In this document: positions 45,898 through 56,509 of the stretch, one piece after another
Layout: every line of letters starts with the position of its first letter
How positions within the stretch are numbered: position 1 is the first letter of the stretch
Source: an uncultured Acidobacteriota bacterium
Lineage (GTDB): Bacteria > Acidobacteriota > Thermoanaerobaculia > Gp7-AA8
NCBI GenBank assembly: GCA_937870635.1
Contig: CALMZP010000083.1
Coordinates: 5,100-69,099 of the forward strand
Direction of reading: 5' to 3'
Length of the DNA: 64,000 bases
Program-made: the position numbers and the translations under genes
Notes under the pieces: generated by a model
What the model was told of the DNA's origin: nothing
Databases searched by the model: none
The model's input: only the letters and a program-made list of their open reading frames with translations

Positions 45898-47078
45898 GCA
45901 GAGGGCGGAACGGGCAGGACCAGACGGGTATGCTGGTCGCCGACTCGAAGGAAGCCGTGATCGCGATGATGCGGCGGCAGCAGGTCGTCGTCACCGCGGT
46001 CAAAGAGAAAGGGAAGGAGATCGCGCTGCCGAAGTTCGGCGGCAAGGTTCCACCCCAGCTCATCGCAATCTTCACCCGCCAGTTCTCGGTCATGATCGAC
46101 GCGGGCCTGCCGCTCGTGCAGTGCCTGGAGATTCTCGGCTCGCAGCAGGAACACAAGAATTTCAAGCGCTCGCTCATCCAGATCCGGCAGGACGTCGAAG
46201 CGGGTTCGAGCCTCGCCGACGCGATGCGCAAGCATCCCAAGACGTTCAACGATCTCTACACGAACATGGTGGCCGCCGGCGAGGCGGGCGGTATTCTCGA
46301 CACGATCCTGCAGCGCCTCGCGGCCTACATCGAAAAGGCCGTGAAGCTGAATTCGCAGGTCAAGTCGGCCATGATCTACCCGGTGGCCGTCATCTCGATC
46401 GCGGTCATCGTCGTGGCAGTCATTCTCTGGAAGGTCATCCCGGTGTTCGCCTCTCTCTTCGCCGGCCTCGGTGCAGAGCTGCCCACGCCGACCCTGATCG
46501 TCATCGCTCTCTCGAATTTCATCGGTGACTGGTGGTGGGCAATCGGCCTTGGCGGCATCATCACGACGTTCTCGCTGCGGCGGTATCACGATACTTACAA
46601 GGGCAAGCGCGTCCTCGACGGTCTCCTGCTGAAAGCGCCGGTCTTCGGCCTGCTTCTCCGCAAGATTGCCGTGGCCCGGTTCTGCCGCACGCTCTCGACG
46701 CTGACGTCCTCCGGTGTTCCCATCCTCGACGGCCTGCAGATCACGGCGAAGACCGCCGGCAACTCCGTCGTCGAAGACGCGATCATGTCCACCCGCAAGT
46801 CGGTCGAAGAAGGCAAGACGATCAGTGAGCCTCTCGGCGACACCGAAGTGTTCCCGTCGATGGTCATCCAGATGATCGCCGTCGGTGAGCAGACCGGTGC
46901 TCTCGACACGATGCTCTCCAAGATCGCCGACTTTTACGAAGACGAAGTCGACCTCGCGGTCGCCGGCCTGATGAAACTCCTAGAGCCGATTCTCATCGCC
47001 TTCCTCGGCGTGGCGATCGGCGGCATCGTCATCGCCATGTACATGCCGATGTTCTCGCTCATCGGTCAGATGGGATAA
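45876..47078 (+). CDS. pilC: type IV pilus inner-membrane platform protein PilC (GspF family)
   Basis: Two GspF repeats and 3 TM segments. A GGAGG RBS is present in the duplicated leader. Confidence 0.9.
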   Translation: MPTFEWKGRGRNGQDQTGMLVADSKEAVIAMMRRQQVVVTAVKEKGKEIALPKFGGKVPPQLIAIFTRQFSVMIDAGLPLVQCLEILGSQQEHKNFKRSLIQIRQDVEAGSSLADAMRKHPKTFNDLYTNMVAAGEAGGILDTILQRLAAYIEKAVKLNSQVKSAMIYPVAVISIAVIVVAVILWKVIPVFASLFAGLGAELPTPTLIVIALSNFIGDWWWAIGLGGIITTFSLRRYHDTYKGKRVLDGLLLKAPVFGLLLRKIAVARFCRTLSTLTSSGVPILDGLQITAKTAGNSVVEDAIMSTRKSVEEGKTISEPLGDTEVFPSMVIQMIAVGEQTGALDTMLSKIADFYEDEVDLAVAGLMKLLEPILIAFLGVAIGGIVIAMYMPMFSLIGQMG

Positions 47079-47107
47079 CACCCGGCGACAGAAGCATGCA
47101 TTCGGAA

Positions 47108-47138
47108 GGGGCGACGGAAACGTCGCCCCGATTTTTTG
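47108..47138 (+). terminator. rho-independent terminator after pilC
   Basis: ggggcgacggaaacgtcgccccgatttttt, followed by a second small hairpin catccctcgcttcgctcgggatg. Confidence 0.65.
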
Positions 47139-47206
47139 CATCCCTCGCTTCGCTCGGGATGTGCGTATGCTTAATACGAGCAGCACCAGGCACCAGGCAC
47201 ACGATC

Positions 47207-48868
47207 ATGAACACCATGCCCACAGATGCCCGGATGATGATGGCCATCCGGGTCATCGTCGTGACGACGCTCCTCCTCGTCACGCTGATCATTCAGTACA
47301 CCGTCACCGAGATCCTGCCCATCAACTATCTCTATCTCGTCGCAGGTCTCACTTACCTTCTCACGCTCACTTACATCGCTCTCGGGCGGCTCATCCGGTC
47401 GCGCGAGATCAACCTGCTGATCCAGATCGGCGGCGATCTCCTGGTGGAGACGCTCCTGGTGTACTTCACGGGCGGCCTCGATTCGCCCTTCTCCTTTCTC
47501 TATCTCGTCTCGATCATCGCCGCGTCGATGCTTCTCTATCGCCGTGGCGGCCTTCTGGCTGCTTCCGGGGCGGTCATCCTCTACGGCCTGCTCGGAGACC
47601 TGATGTACTACGGGATTCTTCCTCTTCCGGAGCAGACCTGGTTCATCCCCACGCCGTGGACGTCGTCTCGTCTCTACTTCAACATGGCCACGAACTTCGC
47701 GGGCTTTTACGCCACGGCGCTGCTGACGTCGCTCATCTCGGAAAAACTTCAGAAGACCTTCAAGGAGCTCGACGCCAACCGTCAGAACCTGGCCGAACTC
47801 CGCGCGCTCAACCAGAACGTCATCGAGTCGATCCCCTCCGGCCTCATCACGATCTCGACTTACGGGTCGGCGTCGTTCATCAATCCCGCCGGCTGTCAGA
47901 TCCTTCAGACCCAGGCGCACGAAGTCCTCGGCCGTCACGTCACCGAGCTGGCGTTCTTCACGGTCGAAGAGTGGAGTGAGGTCCGCGAGGCGCTCGACGG
48001 CGGCGCGCTCGTGCGCCGCGAGAAGGAGGTCGATGTTCCTGGCGGCCGCCGCACGATTGGATTCGCTCTGACGCCGTTGCGGACGCTCGACGGGAAGGCG
48101 TCCGGGTACACGCTCATCTTTCAGGACCTCACCGAGATGAAGAAACTGGAAGGGGAGATTCGACTCAAGGACCGCATGGCCGCGGTGGGCGAGCTGTCGG
48201 CCGGCATCGCCCACGAGATCCGGAATCCGCTCGCCGCGATCGCGGGATCCGTCCAGGTTCTCAAGAACTCGAAAGCGCTCACGCCACAGGAAGAGCGTCT
48301 GATGTCGATCGTGCTCAAGGAGTCGGAGCGGCTCAACAAGACCATCGCCGACTTCCTCCGCTTCGTCCGTCCCCAGGAAAAGCGCGCGGCGGAATTCGAC
48401 GTCGCTGCGTCGCTCTCCGAAACGCTCGATCTCCTGGCGAACTCTCCCGAACTGCAGAAGCACGAGATCCGGCGCGAGATCGAGCCGCCTTCGTTCCATA
48501 TCGTCGGCGATGCCGATCAGATCCGTCAGGTGTTCTGGAATCTCGTCCGCAATGCCGTGCAGGCGATGCCTGAGGGCGGCGTCATGACGGTGAGGACCGA
48601 GGTGGAGGCCGAGACGTATCGGATCGTGTTTGCGGACAGCGGACGCGGGATGTCGCGTGGCGAGCTGCAGCGCCTCTTTCAACCGTTCCGAACTTCGTTC
48701 CCTTCGGGCACCGGTCTCGGCATGGCAATCTGCTATCGCATCGTGCAGGAGCACGGCGGCTCGATCGAAGTGCAATCGTGGCAGGGCGGGGGGACGGCGG
48801 TGACCGTCGTTCTGCCAGCGACGGTGTCGGAGCAGGGAGCCCGTCCCCTGCCTGCAGCTAGATTTTAG
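47207..48868 (+). CDS. PilS-like sensor histidine kinase (polytopic membrane N-term, PAS, HisKA, HATPase_c)
   Basis: Six-TM N-terminal domain like PilS, H-box GIAHEIRNPL, and N/G1/G2 boxes. Start at MNTMPTD. Confidence 0.8.
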   Translation: MNTMPTDARMMMAIRVIVVTTLLLVTLIIQYTVTEILPINYLYLVAGLTYLLTLTYIALGRLIRSREINLLIQIGGDLLVETLLVYFTGGLDSPFSFLYLVSIIAASMLLYRRGGLLAASGAVILYGLLGDLMYYGILPLPEQTWFIPTPWTSSRLYFNMATNFAGFYATALLTSLISEKLQKTFKELDANRQNLAELRALNQNVIESIPSGLITISTYGSASFINPAGCQILQTQAHEVLGRHVTELAFFTVEEWSEVREALDGGALVRREKEVDVPGGRRTIGFALTPLRTLDGKASGYTLIFQDLTEMKKLEGEIRLKDRMAAVGELSAGIAHEIRNPLAAIAGSVQVLKNSKALTPQEERLMSIVLKESERLNKTIADFLRFVRPQEKRAAEFDVAASLSETLDLLANSPELQKHEIRREIEPPSFHIVGDADQIRQVFWNLVRNAVQAMPEGGVMTVRTEVEAETYRIVFADSGRGMSRGELQRLFQPFRTSFPSGTGLGMAICYRIVQEHGGSIEVQSWQGGGTAVTVVLPATVSEQGARPLPAARF

Positions 48869-48928
48869 ATTTTGGATTTTGGATTTTGAGACGAATCCAA
48901 AATCCAAAATCCAAAATCTAAAATCCAA
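48861..48928. repeat. TTTT(A/G)GA inverted-arm palindrome
   Basis: gattttagattttggattttggattttgag acg aatccaaaatccaaaatccaaaatctaaaatcc. Confidence 0.75.
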
Positions 48929-48958
48929 TCGAGTCGCCAAGAGCTAGACTAACTCCCA

Positions 48959-49981
48959 GTGACCGACCGCATCCTGACTCCCACCGCCGATCCCGAAGAG
49001 CTCCAGACCGAACTTTCCCTCCGCCCCAAGAAGCTCCGCGAGTACATCGGGCAGCAGAAGGTGAAAGCCAATCTGGAGATCTCGATCGCGGCCGCGCGGA
49101 AACGGGGTGAGGCGCTCGACCACGTCCTTCTCTTCGGCCCGCCCGGACTCGGCAAGACCACGCTCGGAAACATCATCGCCAACGAGATGGACGCGAATAT
49201 CCGGACGACTTCCGGCCCGGCGCTCGAGCGTCCGGGAGATCTGGTCGCCATCGTCACGAATCTGGAGGCCGGCGAAGTGCTCTTCATCGACGAGATCCAC
49301 CGTCTGCCGGCTCAGGTTGAAGAAGTCCTGTACTCGGCGATGGAAGACTTCTACGTCGATGTGGTGATCGGTCAGGGCCCGGCTGCGCGCACGCTCAAGG
49401 TCGAGGTTCCGCGGTTCACGCTGATCGGTGCGACGACCCGGGCCGGACTTCTCACCGCCCCGCTGCGCGCGCGCTTCGGGATCGTTCACCGTCTCGACTT
49501 CTATGACGTCGATTCGCTGGAGGTCATCGTCCGGCGGTCCGCGGAGATCCTGAACATCCCCATTACGCTCGAAGGTTCGAAGGAGATCGCCCGCCGGTCG
49601 CGCGGTACGCCGCGAATCGCGAACCGCCTGCTGCGCCGCGTCCGTGATTACGCCGAAGTGAAGCGCGAAGGTCGCATCGACGTGGAGATCGCGCGCGAAG
49701 CGCTGCACATGCTCGAAGTCGATGACTACGGCCTCGATGACGTCGATCGCAAGCTGCTGACCGCAATCATCGAGCGCTTCAGTGGCGGCCCCGTCGGCCT
49801 CAACGCCCTAGGATCATCCGTCGCCGAAGATCGGGGAACGATCGAAGATCTCTATGAGCCCTACCTGATCCAGATCGGCTTCCTGCAGCGAACCCCCCGA
49901 GGCCGCGTCGCGACGAAGCTCGCCTACGATCACCTCGGTTACAAACTGGGGGCGACGAGAAAGCAGGAGGAGTTGTTTTGA
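48959..49981 (+). CDS. ruvB: Holliday junction branch-migration helicase RuvB
   Basis: LRP..L..YIGQ, Walker [10 protein letters not shown], and the RuvB C-terminal winged helix. Confidence 0.95.
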   Translation: MTDRILTPTADPEELQTELSLRPKKLREYIGQQKVKANLEISIAAARKRGEALDHVLLFGPPGLGKTTLGNIIANEMDANIRTTSGPALERPGDLVAIVTNLEAGEVLFIDEIHRLPAQVEEVLYSAMEDFYVDVVIGQGPAARTLKVEVPRFTLIGATTRAGLLTAPLRARFGIVHRLDFYDVDSLEVIVRRSAEILNIPITLEGSKEIARRSRGTPRIANRLLRRVRDYAEVKREGRIDVEIAREALHMLEVDDYGLDDVDRKLLTAIIERFSGGPVGLNALGSSVAEDRGTIEDLYEPYLIQIGFLQRTPRGRVATKLAYDHLGYKLGATRKQEELF

Positions 49982-50092
49982 AGTTTGTTCCCCAGTTCAT
50001 GCTGAGCGAAGCGAAGCATCTCCGGTGCACCTGCTGCCATGAACTTTGTTCCGCGTCAGTGCACCGGAGATCCTTCGCTTCGCTCAGGATAG
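49981..50092. repeat. nested palindrome (catgctgagcgaagcgaagcatctccggtgcac ... gtgcaccggagatccttcgcttcgctcaggata)
   Basis: Visible in sequence between ruvB and the convergent methyltransferase. Confidence 0.65.
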
Positions 50093-50677
50093 ACTCGTGT
50101 CCCTCAAGTACCACTCGAGCGGTTCGGCAAGGTAACCCGGTGCCGTGCCCCCGCGGCCCCATGCTTCGACGATGAGGATGTGCGAGAGGCTGTCGAAGTC
50201 GGGATTCTGCTCGTGGCTCTCCAGACCCCGCAGTTCCGGATGCTCGCTCTCGCCGTAGCTGCACCGCACCACTTCGGCGAAACCGGCGGCGCGCAGCGTT
50301 GCTGACAGCGTTCCCCAGTTGTAGAGGAACTGGTGTCCCCATCCACGAAAGGCCCGGTTGATGCCGAACGCGCCGAGGACCTGCTGCTCCTCGGTGAGGA
50401 CGCGACGGTAGTGGGACGCCCAGACCCAGTCGAGATTCGGCGTGGAGAGGCGCAGAACACCGTCATCGCGCAGAGCGCGCCGGCATTCGCGGAACAGCGA
50501 GGCCGCATCCGCGTAGTGCAGATGCTCGATGAAGTGCTCGGCGAAGATGAACGCAACGTTCTCGAAGGGAAAGCCTGTCGTGACGTCCAGAACCTGGTCG
50601 ACCCCGGGGTGAGGGTCACGGTCGATGTTGACCCAGCCGTCGAGGTGATGGGGTCCCGATCCGATGTGAAGGCGCAT
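50084..50677 (-). CDS. class I SAM-dependent methyltransferase
   Basis: Motif I near the N-terminus (LHIGSGPHHLDGWVNID), RDDGVLRLSTPN. The ATG at 50677 is preferred; the longer ORF runs through the TTTTGGA palindrome. Confidence 0.7.
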   Translation of the reverse strand: MRLHIGSGPHHLDGWVNIDRDPHPGVDQVLDVTTGFPFENVAFIFAEHFIEHLHYADAASLFRECRRALRDDGVLRLSTPNLDWVWASHYRRVLTEEQQVLGAFGINRAFRGWGHQFLYNWGTLSATLRAAGFAEVVRCSYGESEHPELRGLESHEQNPDFDSLSHILIVEAWGRGGTAPGYLAEPLEWYLRDTSLS

Positions 50678-50698
50678 GTGGGGCGGTATGATGGCAGT

Positions 50699-50810
50699 GA
50701 TTTTAGATTTTGGATTTTGGATTTTGGATTTTGGATTGGTATTTCTTCGATCCATCATGCGGAATCCAGGTCGAAGAGAAATCCAAAATCCAAAATCCAA
50801 AATCCAAAAT
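50699..50810. repeat. TTTTGGA inverted-arm palindrome with 40-nt spacer
   Basis: gattttagattttggattttggattttggattttggattgg ... gaaatccaaaatccaaaatccaaaatccaaaa. Confidence 0.75.
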
Positions 50811-52173
50811 GATTCTCCTGGTCGTCGTGTTGCTCGCAGTGGGTGTGCCGGTCGCAGCGCAGGCGGCCCAGGATCCCTATCAACTTCCTGAGACACTTGC
50901 CGCCGCTCGGCGGTTCGACGAGGCGGAGGCCGCGTACAGGCGGGGGCTTCGTGAGCGTCCGAACGACTGGCGCCTTCGGCTCGGCCTGGCGCGAGTTATC
51001 CTGTGGGACGGCCGTTACCGGGAGGCGGACAAGGCATTCGCAGCTCTCGTCGCCGAGCGGCCTGCTGACGACGATGCGCTACTTGGATATGCCCAGGCGG
51101 CCTACTGGAGCGGCGATTTTCGCCGTGCGCGCCGGAGGTACGAGCGTCTTCTCGAAGTCGATCCCGCGCATGCGGAAGCGAAGAAAGCACTCTCCGATAT
51201 CGCGCTGCTGAGCGCTCCCGGGTATGAGGTCGGCGCAACCTTTCGCGACGATTCGCAGCCCTATCGGGTATCGATGATGCGTGCGAAGGTCTCATACTTC
51301 TCCGACCCGCTCGTGAGATGGGACGTGATCGGCGGAGTGGGCCAGGTTCCCGACGGCGGGAGCTCGATGGCCAGCGTGGGAGCGGGAGTCTCCGCCACCT
51401 TCCCGCGGGTGCGATCGAGGGTCGAGGCGAGTGGCGAGCGATTCCGATTCCCCGACGGATTCAGCGCGACCCTCGGCGAAGTCACGCTCACCCGCACCCT
51501 GCCGGCCCAGAGCGCGCTGGTCCTGTCGGCCCGACGCACGCCATTGCTCGGAACGGTTTTTTCCGTCGACGACCACGAGACGGTGTCCCAGTACTCGCTT
51601 TCGTGGCGGCGCGATCCCGCGGCGCGCTGGCTGGCCGCGGTGGGCGCGCACTCGCTCGATTACTCCGACGGCAACAGAGGCTCGGGTGCCGATGCCTGGT
51701 TCGTGGCTCCGGTCTTCGAGCGCGACTCGCTGATGCTTCGCGCGGGCGTATCCGCCGCATGGCGCGACACGGAGCTCGACCGCTTCCGCTTCACGACGTT
51801 CCGCTCGGAACAGGCGAGTCCCGGCGTCTGGCGGTACACGTACACCGGTGTGTACGATCCGTACTGGACGCCACACGAGCTGAAGGAGGGGAGGGTAGTG
51901 GTGGTGGCCGAGATACCGCGTCTGAAGATCCACGCGGATGCCGGCTACGCACGAGACCGCGCCCTCGGGTTCGGGCCGCGCACGGGAGCGGCACCCAACC
52001 CGCTCTTCATCCATCCGAGCATGCAGGAGCGGTCGTTCCGGCCCTGGCGTGCCGGTGCCGAAATCACGTGGCCCCTCGCGACCGGGATCGAGTTACGCGC
52101 GCGGTATGCGCACGAAGTGACCGCCTTCTACAACGCGAATGAGTTCGAAGCGAGCCTGGTCGGACGACTCTGA
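50809..52173 (+). CDS. TPR-repeat protein with predicted C-terminal beta-barrel (PgaA/BcsC-like exopolysaccharide export candidate)
   Basis: Signal peptide MILLVVVLLAVGVPVAAQA, about 150 aa of TPR helices, then alternating-hydrophobic beta-rich region ending in an aromatic residue. The functional call is inferred from domain order and the downstream GT2. Confidence 0.5.
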   Translation: MILLVVVLLAVGVPVAAQAAQDPYQLPETLAAARRFDEAEAAYRRGLRERPNDWRLRLGLARVILWDGRYREADKAFAALVAERPADDDALLGYAQAAYWSGDFRRARRRYERLLEVDPAHAEAKKALSDIALLSAPGYEVGATFRDDSQPYRVSMMRAKVSYFSDPLVRWDVIGGVGQVPDGGSSMASVGAGVSATFPRVRSRVEASGERFRFPDGFSATLGEVTLTRTLPAQSALVLSARRTPLLGTVFSVDDHETVSQYSLSWRRDPAARWLAAVGAHSLDYSDGNRGSGADAWFVAPVFERDSLMLRAGVSAAWRDTELDRFRFTTFRSEQASPGVWRYTYTGVYDPYWTPHELKEGRVVVVAEIPRLKIHADAGYARDRALGFGPRTGAAPNPLFIHPSMQERSFRPWRAGAEITWPLATGIELRARYAHEVTAFYNANEFEASLVGRL

Positions 52174-52207
52174 GATCTTCCGGCATCGGCGCGCTGCGCC
52201 GATCCGG

Positions 52208-53710
52208 ATGTGGGAGCGGGTGCTCATCGCCGTGCTCATTTTTCTCGCGCTGCAGAGCGTCGTCTTTTTCGGCGCGTGGTGGTTCCAGCTCCGCAACGTC
52301 AGCAACGTCGCGCTGTTTGTTCTCCTGTCGATCGCCACGTGGTACGGCATCTTCCGGATGTTCGTCGGCTGGTACAACCTCTTCCATCTTGAACACCCGC
52401 CGGAAAAGGCCGCGCCCGAAGGTCTGTCGGTTGCAATCTTCACGACCTCCTCTCCCGGTGAGCCGTACGACATGTTCGTGCGCACACTCGATGCCGCGCG
52501 GCGGATCCGCTATCCGCACACCACGTATCTTCTCGACGACACGCGCGACCCGCGCTTTGCGGCGCTTGCCGCCGAGATGGGCGCGGTCCATCTCGAGCTG
52601 GTCGGCTTTCCCGGCGCGAAGGCGGGAAAAATCAACGAAGCGCTCAAGATGACGAAAGAGGATTTCATCCTGGTCCTCGATCCTGACCACATCCCCTTCC
52701 CCGAGTTCCTCGACCGCGTCCTCGGTTACTTCGAAAACGAATCGGTCGGCTTCGTCCAGGTCTCGCAGGCGTACTACAACCCGCCGGAATCATTCGTTGC
52801 GCGTGGTGCCGCGGAGCAGACGTTCACTTTCTACGGTCCGATCATGCAGGGCATGCACGGAACCGGAACGGCAGTGGCGATCGGTGCGAACTGCACGTTC
52901 CGCCGGACGGCGCTCGAGTCCATCGGCGGCCATGGCATCGGCCTGGCCGAGGATCTGGTGACGTCGATTCGCCTGCATGCGGGTGGGTGGGAGTCTGTGT
53001 ACGTCCCCGAGATCGTGTCGCGCGGGCTCGTTCCGTCCGACCTCGGATCGTTTCTCAAACAGCAGCTCAAATGGTCGCGCGGAGTGCATGAGGTTCTCTT
53101 CCATGAGTACCCGCGCGCGTTTCGCCGGCTGTCGTTCCACCAGAAGATCTCCTACTTCATGATCGGCAGTTATTACCTGGTCGGTCTCACTTCGCTCATC
53201 TACTTCACCATTCCGCTCCTTTACCTGTGGGTCGGGGCCCAGCCGGCAGCGATGATCCTGGCCGAGTATCTGGAGCATGCCATTCCGCTGGCCCTGCTGG
53301 GTCTGGCGATCTATCGTCTGTCTCAGCGCTGGCTCTGCGATCCTGTGCGCGAGCGCGGGTGGCACTGGCGGGGTACTCTGCTCAAGATCGGCGCCTGGAA
53401 CGTCTTCCTGCGCGGACTCTGGTTCGCGATCCGGGGAATTGACGTTCCTTACATTCCGACGGCCAAGGAGCGCAAGTTTGGCGAATTCTGGCGGCTGGCC
53501 AGACTTCCGCTCGGAGTGATAGCAATCTCTGCCGCGACGGTTGGGATCGTGGTATATCAACGGTTATTCGTACTGGACGAGACCCACGTTCGCATCACCA
53601 CGGAAGCAACCTGGGCGATGGCTGGTTTCCTGATCATCAACTCGATTTTCATGAGCGGGAGACTGTGGGCGGCCTGGCAGGACCGGGTGCGCAGGGAACC
53701 TGAAGATTGA
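52208..53710 (+). CDS. GT2-family processive polysaccharide synthase (cellulose-synthase/PgaC-like)
   Basis: DDT(RD) and DPDH acidic motifs, QQLKWSRG (QxxRW), and TM helices on both sides of the catalytic domain. Confidence 0.8.
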   Translation: MWERVLIAVLIFLALQSVVFFGAWWFQLRNVSNVALFVLLSIATWYGIFRMFVGWYNLFHLEHPPEKAAPEGLSVAIFTTSSPGEPYDMFVRTLDAARRIRYPHTTYLLDDTRDPRFAALAAEMGAVHLELVGFPGAKAGKINEALKMTKEDFILVLDPDHIPFPEFLDRVLGYFENESVGFVQVSQAYYNPPESFVARGAAEQTFTFYGPIMQGMHGTGTAVAIGANCTFRRTALESIGGHGIGLAEDLVTSIRLHAGGWESVYVPEIVSRGLVPSDLGSFLKQQLKWSRGVHEVLFHEYPRAFRRLSFHQKISYFMIGSYYLVGLTSLIYFTIPLLYLWVGAQPAAMILAEYLEHAIPLALLGLAIYRLSQRWLCDPVRERGWHWRGTLLKIGAWNVFLRGLWFAIRGIDVPYIPTAKERKFGEFWRLARLPLGVIAISAATVGIVVYQRLFVLDETHVRITTEATWAMAGFLIINSIFMSGRLWAAWQDRVRREPED

Positions 53711-54873
53711 CGCCGAAACGACTCTATCTGACCGTGTTTTTTGCGCTTGGCTGGCTGCTGGCCATCGGCGTCGCATTTCAGTTCGGCCTTGCCAGTGCAG
53801 TCGGGGCTGCCTACCGGAAAGCGGCTTCGAGGCTCGACTGGATCAGCCAGAAGGCATCCGACGCCGAAGGGGCCGCTCTCACGAGCGTCCGTCAGAACGC
53901 GCGGCGGGATTATCTCGAGCCGCTGAAACCGACTCTCACGTCGGTGGCCGCGCTGAAGAACCCCCCGAAGATGCTGTTCGGCGCGTACGACGGCGGGTTT
54001 CCTCACGACACCTCCGGATTCGCGAAGCTCGAGAGCGATGTCCGCTATCGGTTTCCCATCATCTCCTTCTACTCCGCCTGGGGCGATCAACCGGACCAGC
54101 AGTTTCCCGTGAGGATGGTCGAGACAATCGACCGGCTCGGCTCGGTGCCGATGATCACGTGGGAGCCGTGGGTGACGGACTTCGACCCCCGCCTTCGCCC
54201 GAATCTGCCATCGAAGTCGGATCGCGAGTACGCCAGTCTCGCCGCGATCGGGAAGGGTGAGTACGACTTCTACATCTCACCGTGGGCCGAAGCGGCGGCG
54301 CGGTTCGGCAAGCCGATCTTCCTGCGCTTCGCTCACGAGATGAACGATCCTTATCGCTATCCGTGGGGACCGCAGAACGGGAACCGCCCCGACGACTTCA
54401 TCGCCGCGTGGCGCCGCGTTCACGACATTTTCCAGAAGAGAGGCGCCACCAACGTCATCTGGGTTTGGTCGCCTCACATCTCGATGCCATGGTTCGAGTA
54501 CTACTATCCCGGCGACCACGTCGTCGACTGGGTCGGTATGGGCATTCTCAATTACGGAACGGTGGCGTCCTGGTCTCGGTGGTGGAGCCTTCACCAGATC
54601 CTGGACAAGGCGTATCCGACGCTCGCCAAGTTCAACAAACCAATGATGATCGCGGAAATGGGCACGCTGGCCCAGGGTGGAGACGTCCTCGTCTGGTATC
54701 AGCAGGCGTTCTACCAGCTCGAGCACACGTACGGCCGCGTCCGCTCGATCATCTTCTTCAACCAGGCCAACGATGTCACAATGTCCACTTATCCGTTGAA
54801 CTGGACGGTCGGCCAGGATCCCCGCGCTGCAGAATTCATCGCGAAAGAACTGGCCAGGCTGTCAGCTCAGTGA
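53707..54873 (+). CDS. glycoside hydrolase, GH26-like (clan GH-A)
   Basis: FLRFAHEMN (acid/base region) and MMIAEMG (nucleophile region). TTG start overlaps the GT2 stop. Confidence 0.55.
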   Translation: MTPKRLYLTVFFALGWLLAIGVAFQFGLASAVGAAYRKAASRLDWISQKASDAEGAALTSVRQNARRDYLEPLKPTLTSVAALKNPPKMLFGAYDGGFPHDTSGFAKLESDVRYRFPIISFYSAWGDQPDQQFPVRMVETIDRLGSVPMITWEPWVTDFDPRLRPNLPSKSDREYASLAAIGKGEYDFYISPWAEAAARFGKPIFLRFAHEMNDPYRYPWGPQNGNRPDDFIAAWRRVHDIFQKRGATNVIWVWSPHISMPWFEYYYPGDHVVDWVGMGILNYGTVASWSRWWSLHQILDKAYPTLAKFNKPMMIAEMGTLAQGGDVLVWYQQAFYQLEHTYGRVRSIIFFNQANDVTMSTYPLNWTVGQDPRAAEFIAKELARLSAQ

Positions 54874-54887
54874 AAGGTCCCGGTCCC

Positions 54888-56504
54888 ATGTCCCGTCGGC
54901 TCGTAGCCATAGCTCTCTTCGCAGCAATTCTTCCCCTCACCGCGGCAGCTCAGACCGCGTACATATCGGGCGTGGTTCGCAACACTGCTGGTGCTGCGCT
55001 CGGAGATGTGACTGTGCAGGCTTACAGTCCTGCGGGCTTCGCGGTCAACACTGCGACAACAACGCCGCAAGGCGACTACACGCTGGTGGTCCCGAGCGGG
55101 TCTTATCGCGTGCTCGCCTACGATAACAGCGGTACGTGGGCCGTCAGCTATTACGGCAACGCTCTGTCTTACGAAGCATCTGAGGCGATCAACGTCACCG
55201 ATGGTCAGCGAATCACGGTGAATTTCGTTCTGAGTCCCGGTCGGAGCATCTCCGGGTTCGTCGGGAACGCCGCAACGGGTGCTCCTCTGGCCGGCGCGGT
55301 CGTCGCCGCCTATAACCTCGATGGATCGCGTCGCACGTTCGTCCGTACGAACAACGACGGGTCCTTCAACCTCACGGTTCCCGCTGGTTCGTACAAGATC
55401 GCCGCATACCACGAGGTCGCGCCCTACATTCCGACGTTCTTCCGGAATGAGCGTCTTTTCGGTCTCGCGGACACGGTGACGCCGCCCGCCAACAACATCA
55501 ATTTCGGCCTCGGGCCGGGCACGAAGCTCCTCGGATCGGTGAAGGAAAAAGTCACGGGGCTTGCACTTCCGTCCATGCAGGTGGTTGCCTACGACCTTCA
55601 AGGGAACGTGCAGTTCCGCACGGAGACGAATCCGGCGGGGAACTTCGCGTTCGTCCTTCCTCCGGGATCATTCAAATTTGCGGTCGAGGATCGCGGTGGT
55701 AACTATCAGACGACGTTCTTCCGCGACTCGACGTCGTTCGCATCCGCGGCCAGCGTCGTCGCCGATGCGTCGGCTCCGCTGCTGAATTTCACGGTTGCGC
55801 GCGTGCCGGATGCGACCCCGCTCACGACGTTGTTCATCCCCGGGATCATCCACGCAGAGAACAGCGCCGCGGGAACCTTCTTCAAGACCGACGTCTGGAT
55901 CCAGAACCCCGGCGACGCACCGCTGACGGTCACGGCCGTTTACCTTCCAGGCGGTCAGGACAATTCCGCCGCGACCGGCCTGCCGGTCATCGTTCCAGCC
56001 CGTGGTCAGCTGGCTCTCACCGATATCGTGCCGAGCTTGTTCGGCACGACCGGCGCGGGTGCCCTCCGTCTAGAAGCCGAAAGAGCGTTCCGCGCGACGA
56101 GCCGCACTTACAACGTCCCCTCGAACTCGGCACAGATCGGTACCTTCGGCCTCTCGATTCCGGGGCAGTCGCTCGGTGCATCGCTCGGCCGGGCAACGCT
56201 GGCCGGTCTCGCGTACAACTCCGCCAGCCGGACCAATATCGGACTCATGAACCCTCAGCCGATATCGCTTGACATCAAAGTGGAGGTTTTCTCGTCCACT
56301 GGCGCGCTCCTCGGATCGCGGACCTTCACGCTGAAGCCCGGTCAGTGGGATCAGCCCAACGTCACCGCCGTGGTTGGTGAAGGCGCGAACTTCAATCAGG
56401 CCTACGCGGTCATCAGCTCATCGCAGGGATCGTTCTTCTCGTACGCCGCCGTGGTCGACTCGAAGAGCGGCGACGGAACGTTCATCCTGCCGAGCGGAGA
56501 CTGA
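54888..56504 (+). CDS. secreted protein with repeated carboxypeptidase-regulatory-like (CarbopepD_reg) domains
   Basis: Signal peptide, then at least 4 repeats of the G.V....G.PL.GA.V.A...G motif. Confidence 0.6.
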   Translation: MSRRLVAIALFAAILPLTAAAQTAYISGVVRNTAGAALGDVTVQAYSPAGFAVNTATTTPQGDYTLVVPSGSYRVLAYDNSGTWAVSYYGNALSYEASEAINVTDGQRITVNFVLSPGRSISGFVGNAATGAPLAGAVVAAYNLDGSRRTFVRTNNDGSFNLTVPAGSYKIAAYHEVAPYIPTFFRNERLFGLADTVTPPANNINFGLGPGTKLLGSVKEKVTGLALPSMQVVAYDLQGNVQFRTETNPAGNFAFVLPPGSFKFAVEDRGGNYQTTFFRDSTSFASAASVVADASAPLLNFTVARVPDATPLTTLFIPGIIHAENSAAGTFFKTDVWIQNPGDAPLTVTAVYLPGGQDNSAATGLPVIVPARGQLALTDIVPSLFGTTGAGALRLEAERAFRATSRTYNVPSNSAQIGTFGLSIPGQSLGASLGRATLAGLAYNSASRTNIGLMNPQPISLDIKVEVFSSTGALLGSRTFTLKPGQWDQPNVTAVVGEGANFNQAYAVISSSQGSFFSYAAVVDSKSGDGTFILPSGD

Positions 56505-56509
56505 CTTTT

